Shown here: piece after piece, positions 14,401 to 19,874 of the stretch
Layout: each line of letters begins with the position of its first letter
Numbering within the stretch: position 1 is the stretch's first letter
Source: a virus
Lineage: Duplodnaviria > Caudoviricetes
Virus record (IMG/VR): IMGVR_UViG_3300010162_000393
Location: 32,001-96,000 of that record
Direction: 5' to 3' (one strand)
Length of the DNA stretch: 64,000 bases
Position numbers and translations under genes: made by a program
The notes under the pieces: model-generated
Database searches by the model: none
What the model was told of the DNA's origin: nothing
The model's input: the letters and a program-made list of their open reading frames with translations, nothing else

Positions 14401-17400
14401 GAACAATTAACATCTTCTGGAACAGCGGGAACTTGGTCAATCGAAACAGGTACATTACCTGCCGGATTGACATTAAACGGAACAACCGGTGTAATTAGTG
14501 GAACACCTACCGAATTTGGTGATAGTTTCAAGTTCACGGTGAAAGTTACTAATCCTTGTGGTAGTGATACAATGGAGATTGATATGTTTGTTTGTGGAAA
14601 ACCAGAAGTTACAACTACCGAAATGGAATTTGTAATGGGGGAAGAGAAAACTGAACACTTAACATTCACAGGGACTACACCAGGAACATGGACAATCGAA
14701 GACGGTGATTTACCGGAAGGGTTGGAATTAGATGAAGAAACTGGTGAAATTAGCGGTACACCGACCGAATTTGGCGAATTTTCAATAAGTGTAAAGGTTG
14801 AAAACCATTGCGGTGACGATATAAAAGAAATTGATATAATAGTATGTGGAGAACCGGAAATTACAAGTAGTAATACTATGGAATTTACAATGGGTGAACC
14901 GGGTTCTGAACAATTAACACATACAGGAACAGAAGGTACATGGTCAATTGTTAGCGGAGAAAGCGATGGAAGTTTTGATGACGACTTTGATGATGACTTC
15001 GATATTGGAGAAGAAGCAAGTGAATTACCAGATGGATTATCATTAAATCCGGAAACCGGTGTTATCAGCGGAACCCCAACTGAATTTGGAAACTTTACAA
15101 TTACGGTTAAAGTTGAAAATGATTGCGGTGAAGATGAAATGGAGGTTGAAATAATAATATGTGGTAAACCGGGAATTATAAGTGACGAATTTGACATTGT
15201 AATGGGTGAACCAGAATCTATCTTATTATTACACGAAGGTAGTGCTCCCGGAACTTGGAATATAGAAGATGGTGATCTACCAGATGGTTTAACATTGAAC
15301 GAGGCAACTGGTGAGATTAGCGGAACAGCAAGTGAATTTGGGGTATTTTCATTCACGGTTAAAGTAGTTAATGCTTGTGGTAGTGATACAAAAGAAATAG
15401 AAATAACTGTTTGTGCGGAACCAGAAATTACAAGTGACGATACGACAGATTTTGTAATGGGAAAACCGGGTTCTAAACAATTAACATATTCAGGTACAGA
15501 AGGTATTTGGTCAATATCAAATGGTATATTACCAAATGGGTTGGCGTTGAATACCATAACAGGTTTAATTAGCGGCACACCTACCGAATTTGGTGATTTT
15601 TCAGTTACAGTAAGAATAGTAAATGATTGTAACGAAGATAGTCAAGTAATTAATATGTTTGTTTGTGGAGAACCAGAAATTACAAGCGACGATGAAATGT
15701 TTTTTGTAATGGATGAAGAAGGTTCTAAACAATTAACATATGTTGGTTCACCTGGTGTTTGGTCAATATCAAATGGTGATTTACCAGAAGGTTTAGATCT
15801 AAACGGAGAAACAGGTTTAATTAGCGGAACAGCGACTGAATTTGGTGAATTTATGTTCACTGTAAAAATAACAAACGACTGTGGGGAAGACGAAATGGAG
15901 ATCGAACTATTCGTTTGTGCAACAGATTCTGAAATAACAAGTGATAATGAGTATGAAATTGAAACCGGAAAAACTGTTTCAATACAATTAACTGCTTCTA
16001 AAACATTAGGTGAGTGGGTAATCGTAGATGGTGGATTACCTATTGGGCTGACATTAAATAAAGAAACCGGTTTGATTAGCGGAACAGCAACAGAATTTGG
16101 TGATTTCAAATTCACTGTAAAAATGGAAACAATTTGCGGTGAAGATGAAATGGAAATTGATATATTTGTTTGCGGTGCACCCGTTATTACAAGTGGTAAT
16201 AGTATGAGTTTCGTAATTGATGAACCCGGTTCTGAAACATTAACATACACAGGAACAGAAGGTACATGGTCAATATCAGTTGGTTCATTACCAAACGGTT
16301 TATCACTAAACACTACAACCGGAGTTGTTAGTGGAACGCCCACTGTATACGGTAACTTTATGTTTACGGTAAAAATAACAAATCCTTGTGGTGAGGCATC
16401 TAGAAATATTAATATGTTCATTTGCGGAACACCTGAAATAACAAGTGGTGATAACATGTTTTTCGTAATGGGCGAGTCCAGTTCAGAAACATTAACATTT
16501 GACGGTAGTAGACCTGGAACATGGGCAATAGAAGAAGGGATATTACCAGGTGGTTTATTGTTAAACGGAACAACTGGTGTGATTACTGGAACTCCGACAG
16601 AGTATGGAGATTATGTTTTCACGGTGAAAATTACAAACCCTTGTGGTTGGGCAACAAAACAAATTAATATGTTGGTGTGCACCGAACCAGAAATAACAAC
16701 AAGTATTAATGAATATGATGGTGTAAAAGGTAATCCTATTTCAATAGAATTAGAATCAATCGGAACAGACGGTGTTTGGTCAGTATCAGCGGGTAAATTA
16801 CCTACAGGATTATTGTTAGATGATGAAACCGGAATAATTAGCGGAACACCAACAGAATTTGGTGACTTCACATTTACAGTAAAAATTACTAACCCTTGTG
16901 GAGTAGATACATTAGAGATAGAATTATTTATTTGTGGTCCAGCGGAAATTATAACAGGTCAGTATTTCCATTTTATACAAGAAGAAGAGGTTGAAGAAAC
17001 ATTAGAGTTTGAAGGAACTCATCCCGGTGTTTGGACAGCAGAAGATTTACCAGAAGGATTAGTGTTGTCAGAAGAAGGTAAATTAAGTGGCTCCCCAACA
17101 GAATTTGGTGAATTTAGAACACAAATAACTGTTAACAATGATTGTGGTGGAGATACAAAAGAATTTTTATTTGAAATAGATGATATTCATCGAATTATAT
17201 TTGAAGTAAAAGATATAAGGACTGGTGATCATATACCTGATGCAACTGTTGTTTGCCCTGATTTAGAAATAGAAAACGTTGGTTATGGTTTTTATGTGAC
17301 AAAATTGGTTGACGGAACGTATGATTGGACAGTTTCAAAAGAAGGTTATTATACTGAAACAGGTACGGTTATTGTAGAAGGAGATGAAGCAGAAGATATT

Positions 17401-19827
17401 CATGTATTAGTCTTACTCCAACCTTTGACACACGAAATTAAATTCATAGTAACAGATGAAGACAGTGGTGAACCGATTATTGGCGCAACCATTGATGTTG
17501 TAAATTCAATAAGTGAACAAGTTGTGTCTTTAACTGATAACGGCGATGGAACATACACGGCGTTTATAGTAAATGGAGATTATGATTATGATGTTTCAAA
17601 AGAAAAATATATACCAAAAGATGGTAGATTCAACATTAATCGTGATGATAAAGTAATTGAAGTACAACTTAAACTTGCATGTGAAATACCTGTTATTACA
17701 AGTAGTAATGAGATATTTTCCCTAATAGGTGAAGAAATTTTCTTACAATTGGAACAAGATGGTACACCGGGTGTATGGACATTGGTTGAGGTAACAGGTT
17801 ATGGTGGTGATTTTAATAACGATTTTAGTAACGATTTCAGTATCGGTAAAAACACTGGTAAATTACCTATTGGGGTAACATTTGATTCTGAAAACGCTAT
17901 TATTGGCGGTATACCAAATGAGTTTGGTATCTTTACCGTTACTGTAAAGTTGGAAAACGACTGTGGTGAAGATGAAATGGAAATTGAAATCTTTGTCTGT
18001 GCTGAATCCGAGATAACAAGTACTAATGAAATTATTAACGAAGAAGAGACTCTTCATACAGTAACACTTCTTACAACTATAGAGCGACGCACAAGTCAAA
18101 TTTTCAACGGAAAGTTGTATATGCCACAAGAACAAGGTACCACCCTTGAAATTTTTGATTTGATAACTGAATCTAGTCGCACGGTAACACTTACAAATAT
18201 GGGGCGATACACAAGTCAAATTTTCAACGGAAAGTTGTATATGCCACGAGCACATCAGTTTCCTACCGGTATCGGCACCCTTGAAATTTTTGATTTGGTA
18301 ACTGAAGTTAATCGCACGGTAACGCTTCCTACAAATAATATGATGCGATACACAAGTCATATTTTCAATGGAAAGTTATATATGCCACAAAGTTGGGGTA
18401 CAACCCTTGAGATTTTTGATTTGATAGAAGAAACTACTCGGACGATAACACTTCCTACAAGTATGGAACGATACACAAGTCAAATTTTCAACGGAAAGTT
18501 ATATATGCCACAAAGTTTGGGTACAACCCTTGAGATCTTTGATTTGGTGACAGAAACTACTCGGACGGTAGCACTTCCTACAAATATGTGGCGAAACACA
18601 AGTCAAATTTTCAATGGAAAGTTATATATGCCACAAAATAACGGTACCACCCTTGAGATTTTTGATTTAACGACAGAAACCACACGCACGGTAACACTCC
18701 CTATAGAAGTGTCTCAGGCAAGTCAAATTTACAATGGAAAGTTATGTATGCCACGTTCTGGTGGTGGAACCACCCTTGTGATTTTTGATTTGATAGAAGA
18801 AACCACTAACATGGTAACACTTTCAACTACAAATACGTTCCTATTAACAAGTCAAATTTACAATGGAAAGTTATATATGCCACAAACCAATGGTACCACC
18901 CTTGTGATTTTTACCACCACAATTATAAAATCAAGTTTATTTGAAATAGAAACAAATAAATATGTTTCAATACAATTAACCGCTTCTGCAACTCCTGGAA
19001 CATGGGTAATTACAGAAGGTGTATTACCACTTGGTTTAGTGTTAAATAATAAAACTGGGTTGATAAGTGGTATTGCAACCGAATTTGGAGAGTTTACATT
19101 TACGGTTGAATTGGAAACACCTTGTAGTATTGATACAACGGAAATTAACATGTTTGTTTGCGGCGCACCTGTTATTACAAGCGGTAATAGTATGTATTTC
19201 GTAATGGGAGAAGGTGACTATAGTGAACAATTAGAATATGTTGGCACAGAAGGTGAATGGTCGGTTTCAACAGGAACATTACCTAGTGGTTTATATTTAA
19301 ATCCAATAACCGGTGTTGTAGATGGTACCCCGAATGTATATGGTAACTTTACTTTCACAATTAAAATTGAAAACCCTTGTGGAGAAGCAACTAAAAACAT
19401 TAGTATGTTCATTTGCGGAAAACCAACCGTTATAACTAATCAGTTAAATTTTGTTAGAGGTGAATTTGGTTCAGAAGAATTAATATTTGCTGGTAGTAGA
19501 CCTGGATATTGGTCAATATTTGGTGGTAGTTTTGACGATGAGGATTTTGATGAATCCTTTGAGACAGAAGACGCTGAATTACCATATGGTTTATCATTAG
19601 ATCCAAATACCGGTATTATTAGCGGAACACCGATTGAAATAGGAAACTATGCAATTCTTGTTAAAGTTGTTAATCCTTGTGGTGAAGCAACAAAAGAAAT
19701 TAATATATTAATATGCGATGAATTTGATATAACAAATGATAATCAATATGATATTATAAAAGGTGATCCTATTTTAATACAATTAACAACTACTTTTGGT
19801 AAAAAAGATGAACCAATAGCACATTAA
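2437..19827 (+). CDS. Giant virion fibre/stalk protein: tandem putative-Ig (He_PIG-like) repeats, carboxypeptidase-regulatory-like domains, inserted beta-propeller
   Basis: 5796 aa; about 84-aa repeat C-x-x-P-x-I...W-S-I-x-x-G-x-L-P-x-G-L-x-L...G-x-I-S-G-T-P-T-x-x-G-x-F...N-x-C-G; no signal peptide; late motif upstream. Confidence 0.8.
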   Translation: MASKFSVNRHATQKYSVYSRVVNDISPVVVASTAKSPNDIIFTITFYVTDFNDKKIPDASVSIVSHDFKIINHFDGSYKVIDVPNGKYEYVVEKTGFVAVEGVVTVSGSDLEVHVKLCEVPSKIVNGNLNFVMNEEMYQKFGYVGSTPGTWSVVKGELPNGITFDHDGILSGTPRAFGKFEVTVMVENSCGSVTKDLLIQVCAVPEITTVDFVLPHKQTVSEQLSFYGSEPATWSVEDGLLPKGLLLNGQTGVISGTTKDYGDFDVTFKVANACGEDVKELKITICAKPKITSNDDTKFTMGEEGSVQLTSYGNPGVWTLYSGNLPNGLTLSEDGILSGTPTTFGKFDFTVKVENACGEDRQFMKVWICGKPEVVSGDMSFVMGQPVSHQLQFSGSRPGTWSIVEGVLPKGLTLNAETGVISGTPKEFGESSFTVMVVNPCGEATKVVNASLCAKPTIMSCCSGCDTNFVKGQEASMQYEASGSAGTWSVLGGILPTGLTLDPNTGIISGTPTVGGYYEFTLKFTNPCGEVEKCMSLFVCAEPSIKGSGEISFAMGQPGSHELHFEGSRPGIWSVSEGVLPAGVSLNAELGVISGTPTEFGDFDFTLKVTNHCGESTKEMNISICGQPQITSAGNINILTGESVNIQLESNGTPGVWSAEYGLPEGLSLSADGLISGEPTESGNFNVLITLTNDCGEASRNFNIFVCAEPEILTGDFDVLQNTPMSKQLQFAGSRPGTWSIEEGSLPWELKMDSKGVVSGTPKKVGSFSVLLKVKNYCGEVTKPIVVTSKKTYKATFIVKMEDGTMVPDASVVVGGFIVTNNNNGTYESYLTDGAHGFTVTKEGYEVEEGVVEIDGEDVVVTIILCVFPEILNGDMSFVMGVAKVVQLESTGSAGEWSIQGDLPEGLTFNATTGVISGTPEEFGEFEITLIMTNPCGSVSKDIEIVICGAPEITSSDEIEFVKGEKSSYELEFFGTDPATWEVSEGSLPAGLTLDAATGEIKGTPTVFGDFVFTVKVTNECGFDEQEISMFICAEPEVTSSGTLSFVMTEEHSEQLTSSGTPGVWSIVTGNLPDGLSLNVATGVISGTATEFGDFTVVVRVVNECGEATKETVISVCGLPVVTSGDMEFVMNEPVSHQLTAEGTEGTWRLLSGKLPLGLTLDSETGIISGTPTEFGDFSIVLRFTNVCGVARKILNIFVCAKPQITSANNINFALSDEASFQLEYTGTPGTWSVVDGDLPEGVTLKPTTGVISGTPVEAGNYYVTLKIENACGDATKSVNIFVCAEPVIIVSNIEFLQNVYVSKQLDFTGSRPGKWEVVSGSFPAGITLATNGVVSGIPTEMGNFEVVVKVKNPCGEDTKEISLFSCAKPVIINDNNIAFVKGEESAVQIEAIGTEGTWSIVSGALPNGLSLDPSGEISGTPTEGGTFKVTVQLENPCGVTTKMMVINVCAKPIIVSGDLDFVQNTPVSHQLRFIGSRPGKWSISAGNLPAGLSLDPNTGIISGSTHEFGEYNLTISVENECGVANKDIIMSTCSKPGIVSGDMNFVINEEGSSLLENSGTAGTWSIISGSLPNGLELDEITGEISGTPTVSGIYTFTVKVVNSCGEATKVVNLYVCAKPVISTGDLSFVMGEAVSQKLQYTGTRPGEWSIEGELPNGLTFNAETETISGIPSEFGEFEVILIVKNPCGEASKTIEIVICAKPVITSDHADFVMGEESSVELEGNGTEGVWTVDSGVLPEGLSLSSDGILSGTPAVSGNHSFTVKFKNACGESIKTILIYICAKPTIVSGDLNIVMGTPMSQQLIFSGTRPGTWSIESGNLPTGITLSEDGVLSGTTTEFGDFDVVIRVENPCGIALKPITIDTCAKPTITNNSDLTFVMNEYSSDELTASGTAGVWSVIGGSVLPDGLELDEETGIISGTPTVSGTFNIVVKIENHCGEDIRSIAIQICAKPTITSGELDFEVGVHGSETLTFTGSRPGTWSIVEGALPAGLTLNGATGVISGTPTEFGEFFVEVKVENHCGEETKEIEIFVCSKPAVTSGSNMNFVMGEAGSAQLTSSGTEGEWEIFAGELPAGLELDEETGLIYGNPTVFGNFAFTVMVVNPCGSATQEINMFICGKPAVISGDMEFVMGEESEEQLMFSGSRPGTWSVVEGDLPEGLTLDAETGVISGTPTEFGDIVFTVKVENPCGEATKEITAVVCGKPVVTSGTNMTFVMNEHSSEQLTSSGTEGIWSIDDGELPMGLILDPETGVISGTPLVFGNFVFTVKVENPCGEATEEINMFICGKPAVLNSTHPNFVMGEENELQLLFSGSRPGTWSIEEGELPEGVTLDPETGIISGIPTEFGDFEFTVKVENPCGEATKDFEMFVCAKPEIISPDKYDSVFDEEILFQLENTGTEGIWEITEGELPLGLELDEEGLIVGTPRVFGHFKFKVMVVNPCGEDEMEIDMFICKLPEIVSEEFDFVLGEESSEELTFIGSRPGSWSVVEGDLPAGLVLDSVEGTISGTATEKGDFNITLKVINPCGEDTKEIKIFVCEEPEVTSGGYFEFVMGNEVELQLEHTGTDGEWSLVEGDYLPEGLELNSETGLISGIATEFGNFYFTVKLTNYCGEAYKVIQIFMCGLPEILTESMGFVMGEEDDHQIVATGSMPGTWSIIEGVLPNSFVLNTSTGIISGTLTEHGEFPITVKLVNSCGETTKEIIITVCQTPTITSENDLEFVMGERVTFQLTNDGTAGEWEIIDGELPEGLRLNPLTGVISGRAREFGNFTFTVKIDNHCGSDTQVIEMFMCGLPVILHGNMNFQINEPGSDTFIGDGTPGTWSIVGGGLLPTGLTLNPTTGEVSGTPTVAGHFELVVKLENDCGSIMRDVVIFVCAPPEIIGEIDDFYVMGSEISQEFQFSGSRPGEWSVVGGDLPEGVTFDPETGILSGIPTEHGEFIFTVKVENPCGEATKEINIFICLEPEIITGGLEFDFNEYGEFELEVIGSEGAWSIVDGDLPIGLSLNEETGVISGTPTENGVFPITVKFENDCGSDETEILIVICKEPEITTEEMTPSLNNPYSQNIEYTGTEPHTWAIVGGDLPLGLVLNEFTGEISGTPLEFGDFIITVKAENDCGEDEKSILISVCAAPTVITTGLEFVVGQEGSEVLESFGTPGTWSIEDGDLPEGLLLDPDTGEISGTPTDLDVFGEIKITVKVENDCGDDEKEITLFICREPEITTEDMYAFVDEEFSEFIVYEGSEPHSWEIVDGDLPDGLDLDPETGEISGTPTEFGDFIFTVKVENYCGEDEKEIHMFVCAPPEIEIEDDEYDAVMGEEFSMQLTAYGTGGEWSIEDGDLPEGLTLNSETGEISGTPTEFGVFTITFKIENNCGEQNVEVTIYVCGEPEISTGQYIHLVQLEEFELQLEFTGTQPGTWSAVNLPDGLVLSEDGLLSGIPTGHEDVTSQITVTNDCGTDTKSFFFDVDDVHRLIFEVKDIRTGDHIPDATVLCPGLDAVENVGSGFYITILNDGTYTWSVSKEGYYPKSGTVIVEGDEAEDIHVLVELQPLTHEIKFIVTDEDSGDPIIGATIDVVNKESGDTVSLTDNGDGTYTAFIINGEYDYDVSKEKYIPADGEFEIDHDDEVVEVQLKLACVVPTITSGDSMYFVMDEEGFELLEYTGTEGEWSIVEGDLPDGLDLDPETGEVSGTPTEYGNFIFTAKIINECGEDEIEIDLFVCAPETEIISDDEYEIVSGSPVSIQLTTSATLGTWEIVDGGLPAGLTLSETGLISGTATEIGEFWFTVKMEAPCCEDEMEIYMFVCGTPTITSSNNMYFVMGEEDDFQLTATGSEGLWSISTGSLPSGLTLDAGTGEISGTPTVYGNFTFTVKIVNPCGEATQNVNMSICGKPEITSANLGFVMDEVGARQLQYDGSRPGTWAIVDGDLPAGLALNASTGIIIGVPTEFGVFEVTVKVTNVCDEDTKEIIITVCASPEITNENTMEFTIGESGSEQLTSSGTAGTWSIETGTLPAGLTLNGTTGVISGTPTEFGDSFKFTVKVTNPCGSDTMEIDMFVCGKPEVTTTEMEFVMGEEKTEHLTFTGTTPGTWTIEDGDLPEGLELDEETGEISGTPTEFGEFSISVKVENHCGDDIKEIDIIVCGEPEITSSNTMEFTMGEPGSEQLTHTGTEGTWSIVSGESDGSFDDDFDDDFDIGEEASELPDGLSLNPETGVISGTPTEFGNFTITVKVENDCGEDEMEVEIIICGKPGIISDEFDIVMGEPESILLLHEGSAPGTWNIEDGDLPDGLTLNEATGEISGTASEFGVFSFTVKVVNACGSDTKEIEITVCAEPEITSDDTTDFVMGKPGSKQLTYSGTEGIWSISNGILPNGLALNTITGLISGTPTEFGDFSVTVRIVNDCNEDSQVINMFVCGEPEITSDDEMFFVMDEEGSKQLTYVGSPGVWSISNGDLPEGLDLNGETGLISGTATEFGEFMFTVKITNDCGEDEMEIELFVCATDSEITSDNEYEIETGKTVSIQLTASKTLGEWVIVDGGLPIGLTLNKETGLISGTATEFGDFKFTVKMETICGEDEMEIDIFVCGAPVITSGNSMSFVIDEPGSETLTYTGTEGTWSISVGSLPNGLSLNTTTGVVSGTPTVYGNFMFTVKITNPCGEASRNINMFICGTPEITSGDNMFFVMGESSSETLTFDGSRPGTWAIEEGILPGGLLLNGTTGVITGTPTEYGDYVFTVKITNPCGWATKQINMLVCTEPEITTSINEYDGVKGNPISIELESIGTDGVWSVSAGKLPTGLLLDDETGIISGTPTEFGDFTFTVKITNPCGVDTLEIELFICGPAEIITGQYFHFIQEEEVEETLEFEGTHPGVWTAEDLPEGLVLSEEGKLSGSPTEFGEFRTQITVNNDCGGDTKEFLFEIDDIHRIIFEVKDIRTGDHIPDATVVCPDLEIENVGYGFYVTKLVDGTYDWTVSKEGYYTETGTVIVEGDEAEDIHVLVLLQPLTHEIKFIVTDEDSGEPIIGATIDVVNSISEQVVSLTDNGDGTYTAFIVNGDYDYDVSKEKYIPKDGRFNINRDDKVIEVQLKLACEIPVITSSNEIFSLIGEEIFLQLEQDGTPGVWTLVEVTGYGGDFNNDFSNDFSIGKNTGKLPIGVTFDSENAIIGGIPNEFGIFTVTVKLENDCGEDEMEIEIFVCAESEITSTNEIINEEETLHTVTLLTTIERRTSQIFNGKLYMPQEQGTTLEIFDLITESSRTVTLTNMGRYTSQIFNGKLYMPRAHQFPTGIGTLEIFDLVTEVNRTVTLPTNNMMRYTSHIFNGKLYMPQSWGTTLEIFDLIEETTRTITLPTSMERYTSQIFNGKLYMPQSLGTTLEIFDLVTETTRTVALPTNMWRNTSQIFNGKLYMPQNNGTTLEIFDLTTETTRTVTLPIEVSQASQIYNGKLCMPRSGGGTTLVIFDLIEETTNMVTLSTTNTFLLTSQIYNGKLYMPQTNGTTLVIFTTTIIKSSLFEIETNKYVSIQLTASATPGTWVITEGVLPLGLVLNNKTGLISGIATEFGEFTFTVELETPCSIDTTEINMFVCGAPVITSGNSMYFVMGEGDYSEQLEYVGTEGEWSVSTGTLPSGLYLNPITGVVDGTPNVYGNFTFTIKIENPCGEATKNISMFICGKPTVITNQLNFVRGEFGSEELIFAGSRPGYWSIFGGSFDDEDFDESFETEDAELPYGLSLDPNTGIISGTPIEIGNYAILVKVVNPCGEATKEINILICDEFDITNDNQYDIIKGDPILIQLTTTFGKKDEPIAH
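18050..18920 (+). repeat. Seven 120-141-nt tandem repeats encoding beta-propeller blades (TSQIFNGKLYMP...GTTLEIFDL)
   Basis: Repeat cores start at 18091, 18211, 18352, 18475, 18598, 18718 and 18847. Confidence 0.85.
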
Positions 19828-19830
19828 TAT

Positions 19831-19838
19831 CTATTTAT
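19831..19838 (+). promoter_or_regulatory. Putative late promoter CTATTTAT
   Basis: Lies in the 47-nt gap between the giant ORF and its continuation. Confidence 0.65.
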
Positions 19839-19874
19839 GAATAAAAGAAAAATAATATTTAAATATAAAAAATT

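Noticed and set aside
18050-18920. Possible CRISPR array or DGR template/variable repeats
   Set aside because: The repeats are in-frame coding units of 120-141 nt without unique spacers; differences are not confined to adenines; no reverse transcriptase in the window
3603-19412. Many minus-strand ORFs (up to 504 aa) inside the giant gene, and similar shadow ORFs elsewhere
   Set aside because: Antisense shadows of repetitive, codon-biased coding sequence; no independent motifs or expression signals
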